From: Octopus sinensis
Lineage: Eukaryota
Assembly (NCBI RefSeq): GCF_006345805.1
Contig: NC_042997.1
Span: 88,288,001 to 88,352,000, forward strand
Reading direction: 5' to 3'
DNA: 64,000 bases
Below, one piece after another: positions 1 through 11,700 of the stretch. The notes under the pieces are model-generated. The model was not told the origin of the DNA. It was given only the letters and a program-made list of their open reading frames with translations, and did no database searches. The translations under genes and the position numbers were made by a program. Numbering within the stretch: position 1 is the first letter of the stretch; the number at the start of each line of letters is the position of its first letter.

Positions 1-1404
1 AGGTATTTTGCATATATTTCAGTGGGTGGTTTTACTTATGCTTCATCTCACGAGTTGCTCAGTCCTGTATGTTTGCTACTTTAAGCCAAATTGTTGGAAC
101 AAATGCTTTAAAGTTTGAATTGATGGTTGATAGCTATGGCAAAACATTTATTTGAATCTCCTTATCCATAACATTACCCTACCACATTGAAGAGACTTTA
201 TTGAAATGTCAAACTTTTCTGGTCTAGCTGTCTAGTCTATTTTGATTTAGTAATTGATAGCTTTTAAATTGATTAAACTGTTATGATAAAGAACATTTCT
301 GCTTTAATCCTTTAATCAATTTAAAAGAGACATATATCTGCATCAGATTATCTGATGTGGTTTTGGAAGAAGATATAAGGAATATGACTGTTTTTATAAA
401 GAAGCAGCTCTTATAAAACATATTGTGTCCATGAAAAATGGCAGACTGTCCATAGCTAGAATTCCTTTGATCATAGGCCTGCTGTATCAAGGTTGAAATT
501 AGGCTAAACAGAAGGACATCATCTGTTAGAAATAGCAGCCAAATCTTCTTTAAGTCACTTTTTATCATCTTAAAAAATTGAAGCATACATTGAATAATGT
601 AGTCTTAGATACCACTTAAAAAAACAGGATGGCCATTGAATGCTTTTAATCATGGATCTGTTCAATTAGGGTTGACATAAAAATAAACAATTACCAGTTA
701 AGTTTTGAATGCTATATAGAATAAATGACAAAGAAATCTCCTCCTAACATGTTGTTGTTGATACTGCTACTGGAAGATGTTTTATTTTTTCTAAATAAGA
801 CATATTGTGAGTAATTTTTTAAAAAACATATTTAATTATAGTAATTTCAGTCGCAATAATTATTGTCCTTGTTATTGCTACTGCTTTATATTAATTAGCT
901 CTCTCAATAAGTTTATTAATTTCTTAATAATGATTGGCACATAGTTAGAATTTTTAAGTGGGGGTTATAATCAATTAAATCAATCGATGATTAGTGGTTG
1001 TTTAATCAACCCTTCTGGGATGAGAGGTGAAAGATAAAGTTAATTGCAGTAGAATTTGAACTCAAAAAGTCGATGAATGAGATTAAATACTACATAGAAT
1101 TGATTCAGGCAAATTCACTGCACTTAGAAATTTCCTAATAACAATAATACACCTTTCAAAAACCATAGCATGATAATAAAAAAAACAAAGTCAGGAGGTA
1201 ATGTACTGGATGTTGTATGCAAAAAAATAAATCGTAATTAATTGAAATGTTTCTTATAGTTAGAAAAGCAAAACAAGAACCAAATAGTAATTGCTAGTGA
1301 GTGTAAAAGAAAATAGGAGATAATGACAAGAAATTAAAAATTGATTCTTGAAGTTAATTTATATGTTTTGTTGAGAAGGAAAGTTTGATCTTTGTTTACC
1401 TGCA

Positions 1405-2090
1405 AGGAACAACTATGAACATGTTTCAGTATATTAGGCTTCATCAGCACAGATTAGTCTACTCAAGCCTGCTTGATCAGTTGACTAAGATTTTTACATA
1501 GTATGATAGTATAATGGTAAATCCTAGGCAAGCTGAGTTTCACACTAATTCATTTCACAGCTGAGTCTCTTTATTCTTCAAACCTTCAATTTCATGCCAT
1601 AAAAAATGCCTGAATAAAGACAGATTCTACCATACTAACTTTTTCACAATACACTTGATGAAAGTGTAGCCTCTTGTAGCAACTCAGTGACCCATTAAGG
1701 ATTATAGAACACTTGGAAAATGTGAAAAAATATATATATTAGGGAAAGAGGCAGTATTAATACTGAGAGGTAATATTTATCCCCACTTAAACATGGATGT
1801 TCTATTAGAACAAACTATACTAATAGAGCTACCATGAGAGAAGCTCTCATATGGGCTTTTTGATGCAAAATGCATTCTTGTTTATATCACTAGCAAAGAG
1901 ATAAATCACCACTACCCCCAACACCAAGACCACCAGTTCACATGGTTTTGACCTTCTTTGGTCTTGTCAATGATGTCAATGAAAAATACATCCTTTAGTC
2001 AAACCCATTTAATGATAACTATTAAACTTTAATTAACAAACTCAGCACAATATATTTTGAGAGAGCCACTTCTTCAGTTCTCACTCTTAT
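1405..2090 (-). mobile_element. Decayed Penelope-like element remnant with degenerate hammerhead cores
   Basis: Minus-strand CTGATGA...GAAA-CATG-TT core at 1411-1455, two decayed cores (1935-1978, 2041-2085) and a VESVFIQ peptide upstream of the first core. Confidence 0.5.
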
Positions 2091-3402
2091 TTTCTAATCT
2101 GAAATAGTATTTGAAGATTTGTAAGAATATTTAATAAATTAACTGGCTCTCTTTCTTCAACTACACCAACCTTGATTTCTATTATGCCAATAATACAAAG
2201 ACAGTAATCTGCTGTCACAAAACTGGATAATTTCCTTGCACACAATTTAACTCTGCACAAATAGCTAATTCATTTCTTAAATCAAACACAAGATGGAAAG
2301 TACACAGAAGCAGTTGACAGATTTGGCATTTTGCGACTAACTTTAGATATTTAGCCTAAAAGTTCTCATTTGAAAGTTTACCAAAGCTTAGTAAATTTCT
2401 ATGCAAAGTTTCTTTCCTTTCTCTAACCTTCCTTCTTTCCTTTCTCTAACACTCTTTGATGACCACAGCAGAACATGCATTTCTGGACATAACTCTCTTT
2501 ATTATGCATCAAAGGAAGTAGACTGTTGTAGATTTGTTACCATCATTAGGCTGATATGAAGCTGCAAATTATGAAAAGGGCTGGGGTGTTGAATAGGAGT
2601 AGTAGCTTATAGGCTTTTCCTAAGGTTAATAGCTACTTCGATGAAAAGAAAAAGACTTCAAGCAGAAATCTAAAACTAGGTTGCATGTTCTCAACTCTGT
2701 AAACTATTAATAAATATCAATGAAAAAAATCTTGATAAAAAGAAAATTAGCTACATTGCTTTGAGTGGCAATATCCTTAATAGGTGGTGATGTTTGTTAT
2801 GTTGTTGTTGTTACATCAACAATCATAGTGATGTGGAACAATAACAACAGCACACCAACAACAGCTGCAACTATAAAACAGAAATAAATGCTATTTTCTT
2901 GATGGAATAAAAGAAGCAGTTAGCTTCTTTTTGGAAATCATTCAAATAATTCTCAGCAGATGATGAGATTTTGACCCCCTAATGCATGAATATTTATAAC
3001 CTCTTTTAATGAGCCATAAAAAAATCAATAGATTTAACTAAAACATTTCAGTTTTGACTTGTACATATCAGTAATCCATATGAAACATGAAATATCTTGG
3101 CCTTGTTTCAAAATTGAGAGATCTGCAAAGTTTTTCCTGAGATTATATGTTAGAGTAATGTTTTATTTATTATCAGCAATATCTAACAGGGCTGGTATAA
3201 AATCTCAGAAAGCCATCAGTACAATTCAGGAAGTAGTAGTAAACATAGCATTGTTTCAAGATAATCTCCTCTGAAGAATCTTTATGTCTAAATAATATAC
3301 TGAGAGCAAAAATATATCATTTCAAAAGCCATAAAATGAAGTAATCCCTAAAATGATAGAAGAAAATACACGCACAAAGCATAGTGATTCTGATACACTC
3401 TT

Positions 3403-3552
3403 GCTGTGTGCTTAAGAAGTGTTCTTCCCAAACTTGTGGTTTCAGGTTCAGTCCCACTGAGTGACATTTTGGACAAGTGTCCTCTACTATAGCCCCAGGC
3501 CAACCAAACCTTTGTGAGCAGATTTGGTTGACAGAAACTGAAAGAAGCCCAT
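3403..3552 (+). mobile_element. SINE family A, head half
   Basis: GCTGTGTG...GGTTCAGTCCCACTG...GAAACTGAAAGAAGCCC followed by (GT)n. Confidence 0.75.
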
Positions 3553-5587
3553 TGTGTGTTGTGTGTTGTGTGTGTGTGTGTGTGTGTGCACGATTGTGTG
3601 GTGGGGTTGTGTTCTTTGTCTTGACAGCATGCAATAGTTGTAAATGAATGTTACCATTTTACAAGCTATGTCATTCATTTCCAATCTTCCATGAAAATAT
3701 GTCCAGCCATGGCGAAACATTAACTTGCTTGGAAACAGGTCAGGGTTGGTGACAGGAAAGGCATTCAGATGTAGAAAATCTGCCTCAATGAATTTTTCTG
3801 ACTCATGCAGGCAAGAAAAAGAGGTGATGATATGCATGTATGTGTTGTGTACATGTCTGTATATATATCATTACCATCATCATTGTTGCTTTTACATCCT
3901 CTTTTTCTATGGCATAAGATATGATGAGGATAATGATTTTATATATATATATTTATATAGACAGACAGACAGACAGACAGACAGGTAGATAGATAGAGAG
4001 ACACACAGAGAGACAGACAGACAGATACACACACACACCTCCTTCCCAAATTTATATTCGTCATTGACCATGCCTATAACCTTGTTCACCATTCATTATA
4101 TTTACTGCTATCCCCCTCTCTAATCATGCGTTACTCTCCTTTGACACTCTAGCAAGCCTACCCACCCACCCTTCCTGATTTTGTTCCTTTTCTCTCTTAT
4201 ACTCACCTTCTTGTACCTTGAGGATATGCTCTGATACCTTGTCACCACCATCTTTATCTCTTTCCAGCTACTCCCATCTGTATATAGTGCAGATTAGCCA
4301 TGTTTGTCCTCTATAGCAGGACTCCAGTTTTTGTCCCTCTATCACACCTTTCAATATCTATCATGCCATTCAATAGCTGGCATAAGGCCACACACCCCTG
4401 CATCTCCACTCAGTCAAGATAGCTTTTTCCCTGGCAAGTTAATTGGCAACCTCAGTTGTCCCATACTTTGAAAAAAGCACTCAGCACACTCTGTTAAGTG
4501 GTTGTCATTAGGAAAGGCATCCAACCAGAGAAATCATACGAAAGTAGGCAGTGGACCCTGACACAATCCTCAAGCTCATTGGATCCTACTGAACCATCTA
4601 GCTCATGCCAGCACGAAAAACAAATGTGAAATGAAGATGACGATGATGATGATGATGACAAAAACAGTGACAATATGTGTGTATTGTGTACATGTGTGTG
4701 TGTATATATTATCATCGCTATCAGCATTGTTGCTTTCACATTCTCTTTTTCTATGGCATAAGACATGTATCATATTATTGAGTTTGTATTCTGTGATCAG
4801 ATGACCTTCCTATCACCAAACCTCATTTGTTATTCAAGTAAGGTAATTTTTTCCAATGGTCTTCACACCAAAACAATGAAGCCACCAAGCTATGGAATAT
4901 ATTGTTTACATAAACAAACAACATCACCATTTTATTTAAATAGATAGTGTCAATGTGAAAACACTTAGAAAACACACACACAGACTCCTATAAAGCTTTC
5001 CATCTGCCAAGTTTCACTAACTTGACATTGGTTGACTTGGGGCTGTGGTAGAAGATTCCTTGTCCAATGTGCCATGAAGTGCGGCTGAACTTTAAATCAC
5101 ATGGTTGCAAAACAAACTTCTTAACCTACAGTCAGTATTATATATTTTTTAAAATCTAGTTCTGGTTTTATCATTCTGATTATGATCATGTTAAAGTGCC
5201 ACCAAATGACATTTTTTTTTACATTCATTTTACTATGCTTGTTTCAGTGGGATAGTTTTAGTGTTGTAGCAATTGTTTTTTCAGTTGAATGCCCTTCTTT
5301 CCACTTGCCATTCACAAACTATAAGTGGGACATTCCACAACATCCCATATATTTCTCTAGCTCTAGACAGCTATGATCTGGCAGTGACAAACTATATTTC
5401 CTTGATGAGGAAGTAGATTCAAAGTTGTCACAGTATACCAACAATTTGATTCATTCCCCATTGCATTCTATTCTTAGATAATTTTAATTTGTTAATTTAA
5501 ATTTTTGAGTTGTTTCCCTGTGAATTTTCTTACCAGAATTCATCATTTGTAAGATGATTATTTCTCCCTCTAAGGATGTAATTTTAA

Positions 5588-5807
5588 CCCTTTCATTACT
5601 GTATTTATTTTAAGATACTCTATGTTTCTTTCAATCACTTTAAATATAACAAAGAATTTAGTAAAATAACTTAGTTATCATTCAACTAGTGTTAGAAACA
5701 TAAATTGTGACTAAGGTTTGGAAGAATATTCTAATTCAAAACTTTTGAAAACAAGACATTTGTACTCATAGTTGGAGCCAGTTTCAGCTGGGTTGGTAAT
5801 GAAAGAG
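5588..5807. mobile_element. piggyBac-type MITE (220 bp)
   Basis: TTAA|CCCTTTCATTAC ... GTAATGAAAGAG|TTAA. Confidence 0.85.
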
Positions 5808-6058
5808 TTAAACTATTTTAATTTCTTAGCTTATTAAATTATGTATATTAGCTCCCATCTAAGCAATTATATTAACAATTTGAACTTATTTCTAAATAAT
5901 AATTAGCCCATCACCTTAATATTATAACTACTGTGAAGTTAAAATAGTAATGCTGATATATTTGTTGTGATAACATTGATATGTTAGTTCCCACTTTGTC
6001 AATTATAGTAGTATTGATTTGAAACTATGACTATGTAATAAGTAGCTCAATACCTTAA

Positions 6059-6267
6059 CATCATAACATTTAAACTGGCCATATCCAGCCCAAATATTCT
6101 TTCTGTTTTATGTTCAAACTAGCCAGATCAGACCTCTTAGGCCTACTTTACAATGTCATTCCTAAAGTAACGAATCCCATCACTGAAATCTCAAAGCTAC
6201 AAGACAATGCATGAGTAATTCACAATAATGTAAATATATTTGATAAAGTAATCTTAACGCTAAAGGG
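6059..6267. mobile_element. Second piggyBac-type MITE with a degenerate left end
   Basis: TTAA flanks; right end GCTAAAGGG|TTAA. Confidence 0.55.
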
Positions 6268-6319
6268 TTAAAATAGTAATTCTGTTATGAATACTTTGGT
6301 AGTAAGGGTAATGTAAGAT

Positions 6320-6536
6320 ACTCTCTTTACTCTTAACTCGTTTACTTGTTTCAGTCATTTGACTGCAGCCATGCTGGAGCAACACCTTTAGTCGAGCAAA
6401 TCGACCCCAAGACTTATTCTTTGTAAGCCCAGTACTTATTCTATCGGTCTCTTTTGCCGAACCGCTAAGTGACGGTGATGTAAACACACCAGCATCGGTT
6501 GTCAAGCAATGCTAGGGGGACAAACACAGACACACA

Positions 6537-6597
<61 letters not shown>

Positions 6598-6762
6598 TAC
6601 GACAGGCTTCTTTCAGTTTCCGTCTACCAAATCCACTCACAAGGCATTGGTCGGCCCAGGGCTATAACAGAAAACACTTGCCCAAGATGCCACGCAGTGG
6701 GACTGAACCCGGAACCGTGTGGTTGGTTAGCAAGCTACTTACCACACAGCTGCTCCTGCGCC
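6320..6762 (-). mobile_element. tRNA-derived SINE family A, well-preserved full-length copy
   Basis: Minus-strand head GGCGCAGGAGCAGCTGTGTGGTAAG...GGGTTCAGTCCC (A/B boxes), GAAACTGAAAGAAGCC, internal (TA)n(TG)n, tail GACTGAAACAAGTAAA. Resembles octopus tRNA-derived SINEs; family name not verified. Confidence 0.88.
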
Positions 6763-7620
6763 TATACTATTGATAGTAATTGTCATTTAGTTAATAGTTA
6801 TACAGATTTGGTATGGTGTTGTTGCTGTTGTCTAACCCTAGTCTAACCCTGGTCAAGGTGACTAGATAATTTAGGATCACATTACCTAAAATCATTTTTC
6901 CTGTTTTTAGATGATAGGATTTTATTTTAGGTAGGTTTAACTACTCTTTCCAGCAAATCAAGTGACCACATTGAGAGTTCAGTTCTGACCAAGTAGACTT
7001 ATATAATAAAATACATTCCCAATGTAGCTATCTGGTCTCCTTCTATATCTGTATCGTGATTGTCCTAATATGTCTTGACTTGAGGGAAATTTGGCTGCTA
7101 TTTCTAAACAGTTGAGTGACTGTGTAGGTGTTCCATCTTTAGCTTTGATAGTTGTGTTGGTGGCCATGAGGTAGTAGTGTAAGGGATCTTTCGATTGTGT
7201 TTGTGTTGAGTAATCAGAGTTGTAGCAATAAGATAAGCCTGTCACACTCTTGGTCAGTGGCTTATAAGTTTATTACATTGTAGAAACTCTGGTTTAGCAT
7301 AACTTAGGACAATGTTTACATAAGTGGGAATCAATCAGTGTTTGGTATTGCAATGAGCAGTATAGAAATGTGTGCATGGAACATGTGATATGCTATTCAA
7401 CCAGTATGAATTAATCTGAAGATTTAGATTACTGCAGAGAGACGTCCAATATGGCTTAAATTAGTCTCTGGAATTTTCTATTACTAGGCTTTTATTATGA
7501 CAAATTAGGCATTCATCCCTGAATATGACTATAAATAGGAAATTGATATTGTTTAGTTTATTATTATCATTTTATATATATATGGTGAAATGAATCTATT
7601 ATACTACCGTACTCTTGTGT

Positions 7621-7757
7621 TTTTCTCCATCACAGCAGATGAATGAGAAAGGAAGGGGTGATGGCAAACTTAGTAGTGGGATGATTGGAAGTTCTACCGT
7701 GAAAAAAAATGTCAGAGTTTCAACTCTTCATGAGTATGCGTGTGTAAAAGGGCATCA

Positions 7758-7806
<49 letters not shown>

Positions 7807-8230
7807 AATGGAAGTGGGATGGTGAACATTTAATGTTGGAAAGAAAAATCAAACAGCTTTTCACCCGTGTGTGAGTATATGTGTGTATGTACAAGGGAAG
7901 TTTGTATCTGTTATTATTATCTACCTTATTTTGTACCTTACCTATTATAATAATACTTATCTTTTTCTCCATCACAACATATGAATGAGAAAAGAAGGGG
8001 TGATGGCAAACTGGTAGTGAGAGTGTTTCAACTCTATGTGAGTATATGTGTGTGTATCTAAAAGGGAAGTGTGTGAATGTTTGTATGTGTGTGTGTGTGT
8101 GTATGCAATGGAAGCGGGATGGTTAACATTTAATGCTGAAAAGGAAAATGAAACAGCGTTTCAATTTTGTGTGAGTATAGTGCATATGTGTGTGCATGTA
8201 CAAGGGAAGCATGTGAATGTTTGTGTGAAC
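7621..8230. repeat. Diverged two-copy tandem repeat, period ~342 bp
   Basis: TTTTCTCCATCAC..ATGAATGAGAAA.GAAGGGGTGATGGCAAACT at 7621 and 7963; GCAATGGAAG.GGGATGG in both units. Confidence 0.8.
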
Positions 8231-8550
8231 CAGTATTCTTTCAGTAACAAACGATGATCAATGTCACATAACATGGACAAGTGTATTAATTTGATTTACC
8301 ATTCATATTCATATATAAAATACTACAATTAGCTGTCATTTTTGATGGCACGGGACCAGCTAGTTTAAAATAATGTTCTTGTAGTGTTCATGTATATTGC
8401 TAATTGTGTTTATGGTTGTATGTGAAGGTTTTGGGAATTGCCTGAATTGTGATTGATTTGAGGTCAGTATCCCTCATTTATGTGGATGAGTTTTGAATTG
8501 ATACTGCTATGATAGTGATAATGATCATGTTCTTTTTTCTTCTTCTCTAG

Positions 8551-8759
8551 GTAAATTATATATGTCCTGGCTTGCATTAGTTACCCTGGCTTTTTTATAC
8601 AACTGCACCGTGATACCTCTGCGGGGTGTCTTCCCTTACCAAACAGAGGACAACTTCTACTATTGGATGGCAATGGATTACCTGTGTGACTTTGTTTATT
8701 TAATTGACATCATTATTTTCAAGTCAAGAGTGCAATTTGTAAATGAAGGATTATTAGAG
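8551..8759 (+). CDS. CNGB: CNGB exon A (209 nt; S1-S2)
   Basis: Acceptor TCTTTTTTCTTCTTCTCTAG ends at 8550; donor GAG|GTGAGA at 8760; phase 1 in, phase 0 out; contains ORF 8562..8768. Confidence 0.96.
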
Positions 8760-11700
8760 GTGAGATAATGATTTGTTATTTTCCAAAATTACATGAACAA
8801 GAAAGGAGAATGACAATAAAATACATTTTTATTAATAAAATTAAGATAACACTTTGCAGAGGAAACCACTCAGGATTTATTAGGTGTTGTTACTCAAAAG
8901 TCATGAAATAATAATTTTTTTTTTTTTTTGTCAATATTTATTGTTTTCCTGTCAGCACTTCAAGAACAGTGTTTCAAATTTATTGTTTAGCAACTATCTA
9001 TCATGTTCATTTCAGAAAAAAGTTTGCTCAAAGAAGACTTAAGATTACATGAGGTGCAAATAATAGAATGATTTGTGGTTGATGATGATTTTTTGTTTAT
9101 CTACAAAGCTTTAGATAGAAAAATTGCAATGTTTATGTTTTTTTTTCTAAATCATCGGAAATATAAGAGAATGAGTTCCATGAAAAATTGATAAAACTGT
9201 TGCAAACACTGCTGCCTGCCAATGTATATAACTTCAACTGATATTTAATCTACCCCTCAAAATAGCTATAACATGTGAGTGTTATCAGCTCAAGCCATGT
9301 GAAAAATCATTTATTGCCCTTTTGAACAAGCAATATTCCTCTGCTTTAATTCCTAAAATTGGGTATCACATCTGCATCATGGTTGGCTAATGTTTGAAGG
9401 AAGCAATAATTCACCTGTAAAAGTATTTTATTTATATATTTACATTTGCAGGATCACTTTAAACACAGGCAGCATTTAAAAAATAGATACAAAATTATGA
9501 AGCGTATCAAAGCTTTGGAGTACTACTGTAAGAGGATTACATTAGAAGTATTTTAAGATTTAATTGAAATCATCTCAAAATTGAGTAGATTAAAAAGGAA
9601 AAATTACATTAAGAATTTTTCTCAAGTATATTAAAATAAACCATCATTTATTTTTAATGATTTTGTATTTGGTGTAGCTTTTAATAATTGATAATACATT
9701 TTTATGTACATGTCTTGTGTAAAAAAATGTTGGACATTTGGTGGTCTAGTAGTTTTTTCCCTTTAGAAAATAACATTCTAATGTTTGTATTTATTCTACA
9801 GATCCTTCAAATATATACCCAAATGTTTTTTGGGTGTTTTTTTACTTGCTAATATAAAGAATAAGCATTAATGAAAGCCTGACATTCAGTAATGAGTGTG
9901 CTAACTCAATTCTTTGAGCTAACAACAAACTACATTCTGAAAGCACTGTATATGCACAACTGGGGCCTCACCCAAATTGATTCTCAAGACACACACACCC
10001 CCAGCTACCCATCTTCTCTCTAACTGCAGCTTTTTCTTGATATCTCTAGTGTTCCATTTGGCCCTGAACCATTTCACTTGTATACCAGCAAATATTTGAA
10101 AATACATTTACATCAGTGGCTTATACACCCATTACTAACATTGTTTTGTTTTGGGGTCAGTGTTTTTGAGGATAGGGGTTCTTTTTCTAAAACTTCAGAA
10201 CTTCATCTCCCTTGGCACTTGTGAGAAGTGTTTGATAGTTTGATTTCCACTGGTACTAAAATAACAAAATCTAAATATTTTTTAGACTAGTGTTAATCAG
10301 GTTACGGACAAAATGAAGTGATAAGAGCACCAATAATGACTAACAATTACAACATTGATACTTTGTGCCTGTTGGTAGTGTTGCAAGACAAATAATCTGC
10401 TGCCTACAAAAAGATTGTCATTATTGCAGCCTTGGTTTAACTCTCTTCAAACAGACCTATGATCAAAGTCATTCCAGCCTTTAATAAGACATAGTGTATC
10501 TTGTATCACATTATTTATTGTTTCCTTTCCTTGTTTTTTAAGTGGTTGAAGAAAATTTGATGGCTATTTCTCACAAATTGAGTGATCACATAGAAGCTCT
10601 ATTATTGGTTCAGAAGTGTAGTTGTTGTTTGCATATATAAGTTGTTTAATAAATTATTGGTGTATTATGAGCGTTTTGTTTCAATGCTGTACTATACCGC
10701 AGAATATATCTATAAACTGTAACCAAAACTATGTAATAGACAGCTATAAACACCTTGTCTTTTTATATAAAATATCTTTATGACTAAAACTTATTGATAT
10801 ATTCTATAGTATAATATAGCATTGAAACAAAAGATTAATGCACTAATGGTGCACTAATTGCACTTGCTGCCAAATCAGAAAGACCAGTCTGCATATATCA
10901 TCTTTACATAAGCCTGTAGTATTAGTGAGTTTATAAGTAGTGTCTCTATAGATAGTTTAGAAGTGTACTTGGTCATTGAGGAAATCTCAATACAAGACTG
11001 AAGTTAGTTTGGCTTTTCCTGCTTTTCCTGTCACCAAAATGTTTACATCTGTCTGTTACACAGTATTGGTTAAAATCCACATACACACACACACATATAC
11101 AGTAGTATATGATAGATATAATGTTGGTATGTGCTTAAGTTTTTGAAGCAAGTTTTTTTTATATATTGTTATCACTGATGTTATGGAAAGAAAATTTAAA
11201 AGTTAATGGAAGGTGAGTCACTTGTGATGGTAGTTTTAAAGATGTGAAAAATGCTGCAATTGGTTACTCAAGAAAAATATACCATGTTTGATGCCATAGA
11301 AGATGCACTGGCATATTAAATGCACCACAATTCAGTGGAACATATTCAGAAAAAAACGCTTTTCATGCATTCAAGCTTGTAATATAGGCCCAACTTTGCA
11401 TATAGAAACCTGAGTAATTTTCTTTCATTTTTTTTTTTTAACTTTTTGTTTTTTGTGGTGGGGTGCAGAAAGTGAGATGGAAAACAGAATTAATAAAAAT
11501 ATCAATGGTGCATGTTGATTAAATAAAACTGTCATGAAGGTTTAGCAGTGATAATGCACTAGCATTTTTGCTGGGATAGTTGGGATATGCATAAATATAT
11601 ATGAAAGTGCATATTAGGAAAAAGAAATTGTTGTCTGTGTAAGAGCAATGTCTTTGGGAAACTTATATATTGCACCTAAGGCTATATTAGAAATCAGTAT

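Noticed and set aside
6680-6762. tRNA gene
   Set aside because: A/B boxes are present, but no closed cloverleaf forms and it continues into a multi-copy SINE body; the same holds for all SINE heads.
1-8550. Upstream CNGB exon ending ...DPQ-G
   Set aside because: No matching phase-1 exon found by eye; it probably lies 5' of the window.
8562-8768. Stand-alone 68-aa gene
   Set aside because: It is an internal exon: acceptor at 8550, donor at 8760; the ATG and stop are incidental.
11250-11650. Possible hAT transposase relic (FSSDNALAFLLG)
   Set aside because: A single weak motif without termini or other collinear motifs.
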